Assembly: GCA_050250665.1 (NCBI GenBank)
Contig: JBFWOF010000017.1
Coordinates: 40,076-104,075, forward strand
Source: Lysobacterales bacterium
Lineage (GTDB): Bacteria > Pseudomonadota > Gammaproteobacteria > Xanthomonadales > SZUA-5
Length of the DNA: 64,000 bases
Direction: 5' to 3'
Position 1 is the stretch's first letter. Every line of letters begins with the position of its first letter. The notes beneath the pieces are model-generated. The model was given only the letters and a program-made list of their open reading frames with translations. It was not told the DNA's origin and made no database searches. Shown in pieces: positions 47,866 to 57,654 of the stretch. Both the position numbers and the translations under genes were made by a program.

Positions 47866-48769
47866 GCTCCCACCGGCCGAGCACCCGCGCATCCTGGTGG
47901 TGGACGATCAGCCGACCAACATCCAGACGCTCTATCAGATCCTGAAGGGTGACTACGACGTGTCCATGGCCACCGATGGATCTCAGGCCATCAGTCTGTG
48001 CCAGCGGCGTCCGCCCGATCTGGTGTTGCTGGATGTGGTGATGCCGGGCATCGATGGCTTTGAGGTCTGCCGCCGACTCAAGGCCGATCCGGCCACCCGC
48101 GATGTACCGGTGATCTTTGTCACCGCCCGCGACAGCACCGAGGACGAAACCCTGGGCCTGGAAGTGGGTGCTGTCGATTTCATCGGCAAGCCGGTCAATC
48201 CGCCAGTGGTGCGTGCCCGGGTCCGCACCCAGATCGAACTCAAGCGGCAGACCGACATCCTGCGCTCACTGGCTTTCAATGACGGCCTGACCGGCGTCGC
48301 CAACCGACGCTGGTTCGACGAGCGTCTGCAGGTCGAATGGCTGCGCTGCCGTCGCAACAAATTGCCGCTGTCGCTGATCCTGCTCGATCTCGACCACTTC
48401 AAGGCCTACAACGATCACTATGGTCATCAGGCAGGTGACGACTGCCTGCGGGCCGCCGCCGCGGCGATGAAATCGCGCCTGGGACGACCCGCCGATCTGC
48501 TGGCCCGATACGGTGGCGAGGAATTTGTCTGTCTGCTGCCGGAAACGCCACCCGACGGGGCACGTGCCAAAGCCGACGATCTCGGCCGGGCGGTGTTCGA
48601 GCTGGGCCTGTCACACGTCGACTCGCCCACGGCAAGCGTCGTCACCATCAGTCGTGGCGTGGCTTCCGCCATGCCGGCCGTGGAAAGCAGTCCGGCGGAA
48701 CTGCTGCAACGCGCCGACGAGAAGCTGTATGTGGCCAAACGATCCGGCCGCAACCGCACCGAAAGCTGA
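47858..48769 (+). CDS. Response regulator diguanylate cyclase (REC-GGDEF)
   Basis: REC (ILVVDDQPTN...LLDVVMPGIDGFE). GGDEF with RYGGEEFVCLLP and an RxxD I-site (RPAD). 8-nt overlap with the upstream kinase. Confidence 0.9.
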   Translation: MSELPPAEHPRILVVDDQPTNIQTLYQILKGDYDVSMATDGSQAISLCQRRPPDLVLLDVVMPGIDGFEVCRRLKADPATRDVPVIFVTARDSTEDETLGLEVGAVDFIGKPVNPPVVRARVRTQIELKRQTDILRSLAFNDGLTGVANRRWFDERLQVEWLRCRRNKLPLSLILLDLDHFKAYNDHYGHQAGDDCLRAAAAAMKSRLGRPADLLARYGGEEFVCLLPETPPDGARAKADDLGRAVFELGLSHVDSPTASVVTISRGVASAMPAVESSPAELLQRADEKLYVAKRSGRNRTES

Positions 48770-48796
48770 CACACCCGATCCGGAGCCCGCAAACCC

Positions 48797-49012
48797 ATGT
48801 CCGTGGCACCCATCTCCATCCGCCTGAACGGCGAAATCAAGGAAGTACCCGCCGGCATCACCATCGGCGGGCTGTTGCAGCTGGCCGGCTACGGTGAACG
48901 CCGGGTAGCCATCGAGCGCAACGGCGAGATCGTCCCCCGCAGCCAGCACCCCGACACCGAAGTCGCCGCCAACGACCGGATAGAAATAGTCCAGGCCATA
49001 GGAGGAGGGTGA
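48797..49012 (+). CDS. thiS: ThiS-family sulfur carrier protein
   Basis: 71 aa, ubiquitin-like, ends in GG (RIEIVQAIGGG). Confidence 0.8.
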   Translation: MSVAPISIRLNGEIKEVPAGITIGGLLQLAGYGERRVAIERNGEIVPRSQHPDTEVAANDRIEIVQAIGGG

Positions 49013-49136
49013 GGAGCGGTCGCGCGCAGCGCGAACAGAGACGCATGCGTCTGTAGCGACGAACGACCGGCCATGGATGGCCGGGCCGGCGCCCAGCGCC
49101 AGGGATGGCTCAGGCGAAAAGCAACAGAGCGGTCGC

Positions 49137-49838
49137 GAAGCGAGCCGACGCATCCCACGTAGGTCACGTTGTCCGCGCAGCGGACTACGTGACAGCCAGA
49201 CCTCATCCTGCCCCGGAACTACGAACCCGCACCACCACAACCGGTCGTGATCCCGATCGCGGACAGAGTCCGCTCCCACAGGCCCGACGCATGCCACGTA
49301 GGTCACCTTGTCCGCGCAGCGGACTACGTGACAGCCAAACCTCATCCCGCCCCGGAACTACGAACCCGCACCACCACAACCGGTCGTGATCCCGATCGCG
49401 GACAGAGTCCGCTCCCACAGAGCCGACGCATGCCACGTAGGTCACCTTGTCCGCGCAGCGGACTACGTGACAGCCAAACCTAATCCGGCCCCTATCCCAC
49501 CAATCCGTACCACCACATCCGATCGTGATCCCGATCGCGGACAGAGTCCGCTCCCACAGAGCCGACGCATGCCACGTAGGTCACGTTGTCCGCGCAGCGG
49601 ACTACGTGACAGCCAGACCTCATCCTGCCCTGGAACTACGAACCCGCACCACCACAGTCGGCCGTGATCCCGATCGCGGACAGAGTCCGCTCCCACAGAG
49701 CCGACGCATGCCACGTAGGTCACGTTGTCCGCGCAGCGGACTACGTGACAGCCAAGCCTAATCCGGCCCCTAGCCCACCAATCCGTACCACCACAACCGG
49801 TCGTGATCCCGATCGCGGACAGAGTCCGCTCCCACAGG
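49137..49838. repeat. Tandem array of a 139-bp unit (about 5 copies), each unit holding two hairpins (families C and B)
   Basis: gtgatcccgatcgcggacagagtccgctcccacag recurs at 49247, 49386, 49525, 49664 and 49803, exactly 139 bp apart. The ~50-bp inter-hairpin segment occurs in two variants in the order A A B A B. Confidence 0.95.
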
Positions 49839-49953
49839 TCCGACTTCGCAGATCGCCGATCGATTCCGCTGCGACATCAAGACCACATGCCATCTGCCGC
49901 ACGCCGCCCGGCAATCCCGGCTAGGCTATGGCCATCGCAGGTGCCATTGAGAG

Positions 49954-51219
49954 TTGCCGATGTCTGTTGAAAGCCCGGAAGCCGCTGCCGCCCTGTTCAG
50001 CAACGACGCCGTCGTCCTCGGCATTCTCGCGGCAATCCTGGGCGCGGTGTTCTGGACCTCCGCGCGCCCGGATGGATTCTGGAAGAAGTTCTATGGCGTG
50101 GTGCCGGCCATATTGCTGTGCTACTTCATTCCGGCCTTGCTGAATTCGGCCGGGGTCATCGATGGCCATGCCTCTGGCCTGTATCCGATGGCCCGCGACT
50201 ACCTGCTGCCGAGCGCCCTGGTGCTGCTGTGCATTGCCATCGATTTCAAGGCGATCGTCCGCCTCGGCCCCAAGGCCGTGATCATGTTTCTGGTCGGCAC
50301 TTTCGGGGTCATGCTGGGAGCCGTGATCGCCTTCGGACTGATGGGATTCATCCACCCGGAAACGGTCGCCGGTGACACCTGGCGCGGCATGACCACGGTG
50401 GCCGGATCGTGGATCGGCGGCGGCGCCAACCAGGCGGCGATGAAAGAAGTCTTCGGCGTCGACGCCACGCTGTTTGGCCAGTTCGTGGCCGTCGATGTGC
50501 TGGTCGCCAATGTCTGGATGGCGGTGCTGCTGTTCCTGGCTGCCCGCAGCGAGGCCTTCGACCGCTGGACCGGCGCCGACACCTCTGCCATCGACGATCT
50601 CAAGCGCCGCGTCGAGAGCTACCAGGCCGAGCACAATCGCATCCCGTCCTTGTCTGACCTGATGGTGATCATGGCGCTGGGCCTGGGCGTGACCGGGCTG
50701 GCGCACGCCGTGGCCGAACCGCTGGTGGACTGGATTGCCTCCCTGCCGGCGGAATGGCGCCTGCAGGACTACAGCCTGACCTCACGCTTCTTCTGGATCA
50801 CGGTCATCGCCACCACTGCCGGCCTGTGCCTGAGTTTCACCAAAGCCCGCAGCCTGGAAGGCGCCGGCGCCTCGAAAGTGGGTTCGGTGATGCTCTATGT
50901 GCTGGTCGCCACCATCGGCATGCACATGGATCTGCGCGCCCTGCTCGATCGACCCTGGCTGTTCGCCCTCGGCGCAATCTGGATCAGCGTGCATGCGGCA
51001 TTGATGCTGACCGTGGCCAAGCTCATTCGCGCACCCTTGTTCTTCATGGCTGTGGGTTCGCAAGCCAACATCGGCGGCGCAGCCTCGGCGCCGGTGGTTG
51101 CCAGCGCCTTCCATCCGGCGCTGGCGCCGGTCGGCGTGCTGCTGGCCGTCCTCGGCTATGCGCTGGGCACCTACTGCGCCTATCTGACCGGACTGCTGCT
51201 GCAGGCCATGGCCGGATAG
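49954..51219 (+). CDS. Polytopic membrane protein, probably DUF819 family
   Basis: 421 aa and highly hydrophobic throughout. The family call is from memory of DUF819-like N-terminal sequences and is tentative. Confidence 0.55.
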   Translation: MPMSVESPEAAAALFSNDAVVLGILAAILGAVFWTSARPDGFWKKFYGVVPAILLCYFIPALLNSAGVIDGHASGLYPMARDYLLPSALVLLCIAIDFKAIVRLGPKAVIMFLVGTFGVMLGAVIAFGLMGFIHPETVAGDTWRGMTTVAGSWIGGGANQAAMKEVFGVDATLFGQFVAVDVLVANVWMAVLLFLAARSEAFDRWTGADTSAIDDLKRRVESYQAEHNRIPSLSDLMVIMALGLGVTGLAHAVAEPLVDWIASLPAEWRLQDYSLTSRFFWITVIATTAGLCLSFTKARSLEGAGASKVGSVMLYVLVATIGMHMDLRALLDRPWLFALGAIWISVHAALMLTVAKLIRAPLFFMAVGSQANIGGAASAPVVASAFHPALAPVGVLLAVLGYALGTYCAYLTGLLLQAMAG

Positions 51220-51264
51220 TTTGGTCTGCCCGGCGCGAACGCGGGCGACGATATCATCCGACTC

Positions 51265-54249
51265 ATGATCCTCTCACTGCGATCGCTTCGGGCCATCACA
51301 CCAGTCGCGCTGGTTCTGCTGGGTTTGCTCGCCGGCACCGGCAGCGGTATCGCAGCACCGGACCTGATCGTGCGCGAAGGCCCGGACGCCGACACGACCG
51401 TGGAACTCGACAGTCTGGGCGTGCACCAGTTGGGGTCCGCCGAGGGGCTGCCGCAGATGACCGTACTGGCGCTGGCCCGGACCGCGGACGGCTACGTCTA
51501 CGCGGGCACTCAGGACGGTCTGGCCCGGTGGGACGGTGTGCGCTTCACCCCGGTGTCCATCCAGTCCGCCATGCACGCATGGGTCAATCGCCTTTGGGCC
51601 GATGCCGACGGCTTGTGGGTGGGTACCGACAGTGCCGGGCTGTACTGGCTGAATGACTTTGTGCTGACGCCTGTGACGGGTCCAGACGGACAATCGCTGG
51701 GATCCGTCGAAGCCATCACCGGTGCCCTCGACGGCGTTTGGGTAGGCACCCCGAATGGGCTATTCCAGTGTCAGTCCCAGCACTGCTCGATGGTGCCGGA
51801 CAGCGCCGACCTGCAGGTGGCGCAGCTGCTGCAGACGCCGGATGGCAGCACGCTCTGGGTCGGCACCAATGTCGATGGACTGTTCCGCTTCGACCTGGAT
51901 GCCGCCGGGCAGCCGCAGCGCAGCGCCTTCCGGTTGACCCAGGCCTCAGGCCTGCCCAACAGCGCCATTCGCGGGCTGGCGCTGGATCGCTTGGGACGGC
52001 TGTGGATAGGCACCGGTCGCGGCATGGCCCGGTGGGATGGCCAGCAACTGATGCGCTGGCGCTCCTCGGCCGGTCGACCCCTGGGCGGCGTCTTCGCCAT
52101 CGCGCCGCTACCCGATGGCGACATGCTGGCGGCGCTTTGGGGCGGTGGCCTGGCACGCTTCCGGATGGACGATGGCTTCCGCTGGTACGGGCTGCGCGAC
52201 GGCTTGCCGGACAGTTATCTGCAAGCCCTGTTGCTGAGCGGCAACGCCGAGGATCCGATCATCTGGCTGGGCAGCGGTTCCAGTGGCGTCCTGCGCCTGG
52301 AGCCGGGTCGCTGGCGCAGCTTCGACGAGCGCCAGGGACTGCCGCAAAGAGTGGTCGTCGGCGTGGGTCAGATGCGCTTTCGGGATGGCCAGCGCGGGCT
52401 CTGGGCCGGAACGCTGGGCGGAGCCGTTCGCTACCATGAAGGCCAATGGCAACGCTTGCTGCCGGAACCCTACAGTGACCGTGTCGTCTATGACGCCCTC
52501 ATGGATGCTCAGGGTCGATACTGGTATGCCACCAGCCGCGGCGTGCTGCTGGACGATGGTCAGCATTGGCGGGAGTTTGATGCCGACCACGATCGTCTGC
52601 CGGCCACCGCCAGTGAATCGCTGATCGAGTACCGAGGAAAAATCTGGGCCGGCACCGGACATGGATTGGCCGAGATCAGTCCCGATGGCGTGCGCCGGTT
52701 GTTTGCCGAACTGCCCGAGTACGCCGAGATGGCGGTGCGCTCGATGGCGCTGGCAGACGTACCCGAGCGTGGGACGCTGGTACTGATCGGCAGCGGCGAA
52801 GGTGCTCTGCTCACCGACGGCGAGCGCATCGAACTGCTACCGGCTGCCTGCGCACCCCATGGCACGGTCTACGATGTCGAGCCCCTGGCCAATGGCGAAA
52901 TCAGGCTGGGCACGCGCGCTGGCGCGGTGCGCCTGCGCTGGGGCGCCAGCGGTCCGGAATGCTCGCCCGTGGCCGAGCCCGGCGACGCGCCGCGCTCGGT
53001 GTACGAGATCGCACAGGACCACAAGGGGCGCGTCTATCTGTTTGGCTACGATGGCGTGCGCCGACTGGAATCGGCTGATCCTTCATTGGGAAGTGTCGAA
53101 GCCGGCTTCCGCCGCTTCGATCTCAATGACGGGCTGCCGGCGCTGGAATTCAATCGCGATGCCGTGGTCGACGATGCCGGACGGCTGTGGGCGGCCAATG
53201 CCGGCGGTCTGGTGGTCTTCGACCCGGATTCCGGTGTGCGGACTACCGATCCTGCTCCCTTGCAGCTACGGGTAGAAACCGGCGGCCAGCGGCTCGCGGA
53301 AGGCGCGCGAATTCCGGCGCAGCATGGCGAGATCGCCTTTGCCCCGCGCCTGCTGTCCTTCCGCAACGAGCATCGTATCCGCTATCGCACCCAATTGGTC
53401 GGTCTGGACCTGCAGCCGGCCGCGTGGTCAGCCGATGGTGATCGTCGCTATCCGAGAATTCCAGCGGGCGACTATCGTTTCGAGGTCAGTGCGCTGGACG
53501 CAGCAGATACCGCCCATGGTCCGCTGAGCTTCAACTTCAGCGTGGATGCGCCCTGGTGGCAGCACCCGCTGGCGCTGACGGGGGCAGCCCTGGGGCTGGT
53601 GCTGCTGGGCCTGGCAGGCGGACGGGTGCGCGCCAGAGCACTGGCCGCGCGTGCCGTCGAACTGGAGCAGCTGGTGGCGATCCGCACCGAAGCGCTGGAG
53701 CGGGCATCGAATACCGACCCGCTGACAGGTGCCTGGAACCGTCGCTATTTCCATGCCCTCATCGGCGATTGGCTGCGGGACAGCGAAGCCAAAGGTGGGC
53801 TACTGCTGTTGCTGATCGATATCGACCACTTCAAGCACATCAACGACCAGTTCGGGCATGCCGTTGGCGACGCGGTACTGGTCGAGATCGCCGCACGCCT
53901 GCAGCGCCTGGAGTCGGGCTCTGGGCAGTTGATTCGCTGGGGCGGTGAGGAATTCCTGCTGGTCTTGCCGCACGACCCCGGCCGCACTGCCGATGTCCGC
54001 GTTCGCGCCGTGTTGAACGCCGTGGGTACCCAGCCGGTCATCGTCGGTGATCTTCGGGTCGTGGTGCATTGCTCGATCGGCTTTACCCGCTGTCGACCGC
54101 CCGCCGAAGGCATAGACCAGCATATCGACCTGGTCATTGGTCGCGCCGACATGGCGCTTTACCGTGCCAAGAACGCTGGCCGCCATCGCGGAATCGAGGC
54201 GCAGGAGACCGAAAGCGACGAGCCACGCTGGCTGAGCGTGGAACCCTGA
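51265..54249 (+). CDS. Periplasmic beta-propeller (two-component regulator propeller / Y_Y_Y) sensor diguanylate cyclase
   Basis: Signal peptide, repeated W-x-G-T/GL propeller-like motifs, single TM (HPLALTGAALGLVLLGLAGG), and a C-terminal GGDEF domain with RWGGEEFLLVLP. Confidence 0.8.
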   Translation: MILSLRSLRAITPVALVLLGLLAGTGSGIAAPDLIVREGPDADTTVELDSLGVHQLGSAEGLPQMTVLALARTADGYVYAGTQDGLARWDGVRFTPVSIQSAMHAWVNRLWADADGLWVGTDSAGLYWLNDFVLTPVTGPDGQSLGSVEAITGALDGVWVGTPNGLFQCQSQHCSMVPDSADLQVAQLLQTPDGSTLWVGTNVDGLFRFDLDAAGQPQRSAFRLTQASGLPNSAIRGLALDRLGRLWIGTGRGMARWDGQQLMRWRSSAGRPLGGVFAIAPLPDGDMLAALWGGGLARFRMDDGFRWYGLRDGLPDSYLQALLLSGNAEDPIIWLGSGSSGVLRLEPGRWRSFDERQGLPQRVVVGVGQMRFRDGQRGLWAGTLGGAVRYHEGQWQRLLPEPYSDRVVYDALMDAQGRYWYATSRGVLLDDGQHWREFDADHDRLPATASESLIEYRGKIWAGTGHGLAEISPDGVRRLFAELPEYAEMAVRSMALADVPERGTLVLIGSGEGALLTDGERIELLPAACAPHGTVYDVEPLANGEIRLGTRAGAVRLRWGASGPECSPVAEPGDAPRSVYEIAQDHKGRVYLFGYDGVRRLESADPSLGSVEAGFRRFDLNDGLPALEFNRDAVVDDAGRLWAANAGGLVVFDPDSGVRTTDPAPLQLRVETGGQRLAEGARIPAQHGEIAFAPRLLSFRNEHRIRYRTQLVGLDLQPAAWSADGDRRYPRIPAGDYRFEVSALDAADTAHGPLSFNFSVDAPWWQHPLALTGAALGLVLLGLAGGRVRARALAARAVELEQLVAIRTEALERASNTDPLTGAWNRRYFHALIGDWLRDSEAKGGLLLLLIDIDHFKHINDQFGHAVGDAVLVEIAARLQRLESGSGQLIRWGGEEFLLVLPHDPGRTADVRVRAVLNAVGTQPVIVGDLRVVVHCSIGFTRCRPPAEGIDQHIDLVIGRADMALYRAKNAGRHRGIEAQETESDEPRWLSVEP

Positions 54250-54387
54250 GCCCTGCAACTCATAGAAACCCAGCGCCGCTGACAGCATTTTCACGTGACC
54301 AACGGGACATCGGTTTCCGCCCGCAAAACCGTATGATCGGCGCCACTGTGCGCAGGCTTGCGCACTCAAAGCCCCTAGGAGTACTGC

Positions 54388-56250
54388 ATGGCTGAAAAGC
54401 GCCCCGGCTTCCTGCGCCGCCTGATCGGCGGCTTGTGGAATGGACTCGATTTCACCCGCCGGCTGGTGGTGAATCTGGTGTTTCTGCTGATTCTGATCTT
54501 TGTGTTCATGGCGATTTTCGGCAAGGACGGCAAGGATCTGCAGCAGAACACCACCCTGGTGCTCGACATCAAGGGTGAGATCGTCGAGCAGTACTCCGGC
54601 AGTCCGGCCGACGTGGCGCTGGCCAAGGCGCTGGGAGACGAGGTGCCGGAAACCCAGCTGCGCGATCTGCTGAAAGTGCTCGACGAAGCCGCCAGGGACG
54701 ACAACATCACCCAGATCCTGCTGAGTCTGAACAACTATGGCGGAGCCGGTGTCAGCACGCTGCGTGAAGTCGGCCGTGCCCTGGATGCCTTCCGCAAGAG
54801 CGGCAAGAAAGTTGTGGCCCACGGCGATTACCTTGATCAGGGCGCCTATTACCTCGCCTCCCACGCCGACGAGATCTACATCCATCCCGATGGCATGGCC
54901 CTGCTGGAAGGCCTTGGCCGCTATCGCAACTATTACCGGTCAGCACTGGAGAAGATCGGCCTGCAGATGCACGTGTTCCGCGTCGGCAAGTTCAAGAGCG
55001 CGGTCGAGCCCTATCTGCTCGACGGCCCTTCCGATGCCGCCCGCGAAGCTGACCGTTACTGGCTGGAGGACGTCTGGACCGTATTCCTCGACGATATCGC
55101 TGCCGCCCGCGGACTGGAAACGGCCGAATTGCGCGCGATGATCGACGAACTGCCGCAACGCATTACCGCCGTCAATGGCGACATGGCCCAGCTGGCCGTC
55201 GATGAGAAGCTGGTCGATGGTCTCAAGACCGCCGACGAGCTCAGGGAAATGCTGATTGCCTCCGGCGCCAAGGACGACGAAAACGAGACCTTCCGCCAGA
55301 TCAATCTCGCCAACTATCTGAAGCGCTTCCCGGCCATCCCGGTGATCGGCGACGCCACCCAGATCGGCGTGATCGTGGCCCAGGGCGAGATCGTCGGTGG
55401 CCAGCAGGCACAGGGCATGATCGGCGGTCGCAGCACCAGCGAACTGGTGCGCAAGGCCCGCGAAGACAAGAACATCAAGGCGGTGGTGTTGCGGGTGGAT
55501 TCGCCCGGCGGCAGTGGTTTCGACTCGGAGCTGATCCGCCGCGAGCTGGAGCTGACCCGCGCCGCCGGCAAGCCGGTGGTGGTGTCGATGGGTGACGTGG
55601 CCGCCTCCGGTGGCTACTGGATCTCGATGACCTCTGACACGATCTACGCCGAGCCCAGCACCATCACCGGCTCGATCGGCATCTTCGGACTGTTCCCCGA
55701 TGCCAGCCAGACCATGGAAAAGCTTGGTCTGCACAGCGAAGGCACGACCACAACCTGGCTGGCCGGGGCACTGGATCCGCGTCGCCCCTTGGATCCGCGC
55801 ATCGGAGACGTGCTGCAGTCGGTGATCAACGCCGGCTATCAGGACTTCATCGGCAAGGTGGCCAAGAATCGCGGCAAGACGCCGGAGGAAATCGACGAGA
55901 TCGCCCAGGGCCGCGTGTGGAGCGGCAACCAGGCGCTGGAGCGCGGCCTGGTCGACCAGCTCGGCGGTCTCAAGGACGCCATCGCCAATGCCGCCGAACG
56001 CGCCAATCTGGGCAGCGATGGCTATCAGGTGGTCTACGTCGAAAAGGAACTGACCGGCTTCGAGAAGTTCGTGGTCAGCATGAACTCAAGGGCCCGCGCG
56101 ATGATCCAGGCCAGCGTCGCCAGCGCCCTGCTGCCGAGCTGGATGCAGCCGCAGATGGCGCGCGAGCTCAATCACGATCTGGCCATCCTCAACGGCTGGG
56201 AAAAGCGACCGATGGCCACCTACGCCTTCTGCTTCTGCGAGCTGCGCTGA
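54388..56250 (+). CDS. sppA: Signal peptide peptidase SppA (67K type, protease IV)
   Basis: 620 aa, N-terminal TM, duplicated ClpP/crotonase-like halves, and motif RVDSPGGSGFDSE...GDVAASGGYWIS. Confidence 0.9.
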   Translation: MAEKRPGFLRRLIGGLWNGLDFTRRLVVNLVFLLILIFVFMAIFGKDGKDLQQNTTLVLDIKGEIVEQYSGSPADVALAKALGDEVPETQLRDLLKVLDEAARDDNITQILLSLNNYGGAGVSTLREVGRALDAFRKSGKKVVAHGDYLDQGAYYLASHADEIYIHPDGMALLEGLGRYRNYYRSALEKIGLQMHVFRVGKFKSAVEPYLLDGPSDAAREADRYWLEDVWTVFLDDIAAARGLETAELRAMIDELPQRITAVNGDMAQLAVDEKLVDGLKTADELREMLIASGAKDDENETFRQINLANYLKRFPAIPVIGDATQIGVIVAQGEIVGGQQAQGMIGGRSTSELVRKAREDKNIKAVVLRVDSPGGSGFDSELIRRELELTRAAGKPVVVSMGDVAASGGYWISMTSDTIYAEPSTITGSIGIFGLFPDASQTMEKLGLHSEGTTTTWLAGALDPRRPLDPRIGDVLQSVINAGYQDFIGKVAKNRGKTPEEIDEIAQGRVWSGNQALERGLVDQLGGLKDAIANAAERANLGSDGYQVVYVEKELTGFEKFVVSMNSRARAMIQASVASALLPSWMQPQMARELNHDLAILNGWEKRPMATYAFCFCELR

Positions 56251-56279
56251 GCTGAATCGACAGTCTGGAGACTGATCAA

Positions 56280-56311
56280 GGCGCCGCGGAAACGCGGCGC
56301 CTTTTTCTTTT
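56280..56311 (+). terminator. Rho-independent terminator of sppA
   Basis: 9-bp GC stem GGCGCCGCG / CGCGGCGCC with a GAAA loop, followed by TTTTTCTTTT. Confidence 0.9.
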
Positions 56312-56312
56312 C

Positions 56313-56735
56313 GTACAGCGGAGCTTGCTCCGCTGCTTCTGCAGGGCTTTGGCGTCTTGTCGGTTTCGGCGCGACAAGGAGCCGCACACCCTGCCGAGCA
56401 AGCTCGGCACTACAACAGCCTCGTATGCCGACGCTCTGGTAGAGCGGAGCTTGCTCCGCTGCTTCTGCCGGGCTTGTGCCTTGGCTTTTCCCGCCACCCA
56501 GAAAAGCCGCACACCCTGCCGAGCAAGCTCAGCACTACAACAGCCTCGTATGCCGACGCTCTGGTAGAGCGGAGCTTGCTCCGCTGCTTCTGCCGGGCTT
56601 GTGCCTTGGCTTTTCCCGCCACCCAGAAAAGCCGCACACCCTGCCGAGCAAGCTCGGCACTACAACAGCCTCGTACACCAACGCTCTGGTAGAGCGGCGC
56701 TTGCTCGCGCTTGCTCCGCTGCTTCTGCGGTGATT
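56313..56735. repeat. Tandem array of a 125-bp unit (about 3.4 copies) with two inverted REP hairpins per unit
   Basis: gtagagcggagcttgctccgctgcttctgc recurs at 56313 (variant), 56439, 56564 and 56689. Each unit also contains gccgagcaagctcggc. Confidence 0.95.
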
Positions 56736-56742
56736 CGGCTGG

Positions 56743-57636
56743 CTATGCCGCGACCCGACCAGCCTTGGCGTCCAAGCCATATTCGGTCAACCAATGTCGA
56801 TACCTCGGCTCTTCGCCGTGGACGATGCGCTGGTACCGCGCCGACAAGTCGCGGGTCACCGGATTGTCGCCGTACACGCGATCGTCGATGGCTTCTACCG
56901 CACAGATCTCAGCCGAGGTGCCAGTGAGGAAAACCTCGTCTGCCGCCTTCAGCTCAGCCAGACTGACCGGCCGGACTTCAGCGCCGGTAAGCTCGATTGC
57001 GGTCTGACGGGTGATGCCGCCCAGCGCGTCCGGGTGCTCGGAAGCCACGACCTTGCCGTCCTTGACCAGAAACACGTTCTCGCCGGTGCATTCCACCACC
57101 TGGCCGGCATCATCGACGAACAGGGCCTCGTCAAAACCGCGGCGGGCGGCTTCGAGCTTGGCCATCGTGGCATTGGTGTAGCCACCGGTGAGCTTCAGAG
57201 CCGGCATGGCTCGCGCGGTGTTGCGACGCATCGGCGAGACCGTGACCCGCACCTTGTGACCACCCAGATGGCTGGACCAGGCGATGGTAGCCACCATCAG
57301 GTGCGCCGTCTGCTTGCCCAGATCCAGACCCAGACCGCCATCGGCATACCAGGCCAGCGGTCGGATATAGGCTTCGGCCTGCTGGTTCACGCGCAGGGTT
57401 TCGACCACTGCCTGCTCACATGCATCCAGCGCAAAGCTCATGCCCAGCGCCTCGGCGCCACGCTGCATGCGCAGCAGATGCTCGCGCAGACGGAATACCG
57501 CGGCCCCATTCGCGGTGGGATAGCTGCGGATGCCTTCGAACACGCCGGTGCCGTAGTGCAGGGCATGACTGAGCACGCTGACCTTGGCGTCTTCGGTGGA
57601 TTGGAATTGACCGTCGATCCAGATTTTCAGGCTCAT
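56743..57636 (-). CDS. ilvE: Branched-chain amino acid aminotransferase
   Basis: MSLKIWIDGQFQSTEDAKVSVLSHALHYGTGVFEGIRSY is a class IV aminotransferase N-terminus. 297 aa after trimming. Confidence 0.9.
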   Translation of the reverse strand: MSLKIWIDGQFQSTEDAKVSVLSHALHYGTGVFEGIRSYPTANGAAVFRLREHLLRMQRGAEALGMSFALDACEQAVVETLRVNQQAEAYIRPLAWYADGGLGLDLGKQTAHLMVATIAWSSHLGGHKVRVTVSPMRRNTARAMPALKLTGGYTNATMAKLEAARRGFDEALFVDDAGQVVECTGENVFLVKDGKVVASEHPDALGGITRQTAIELTGAEVRPVSLAELKAADEVFLTGTSAEICAVEAIDDRVYGDNPVTRDLSARYQRIVHGEEPRYRHWLTEYGLDAKAGRVAA

Positions 57637-57654
57637 GGAAGTTCCTTGGTGTGT

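Noticed and set aside
49137-49838. Possible CRISPR array (regularly spaced repeats with intervening differing segments)
   Set aside because: The conserved part is ~90 bp with two hairpins, far longer than a CRISPR repeat. The intervening segments are only two alternating, related variants rather than unique spacers. No cas genes or leader are present in the window.
49105-49924. Series of 78-94 aa ORFs on both strands (MIPIADRVRSHR..., MTYVACVGSVGADSV...)
   Set aside because: They are translations of the 139-bp repeat. 139 is not divisible by 3, so each unit is read in a different frame. The same applies to the ORFs over the 125-bp array (56276-56780) and to the LLVVGCW-repeat ORFs over the heptamer tract (36833-37293).
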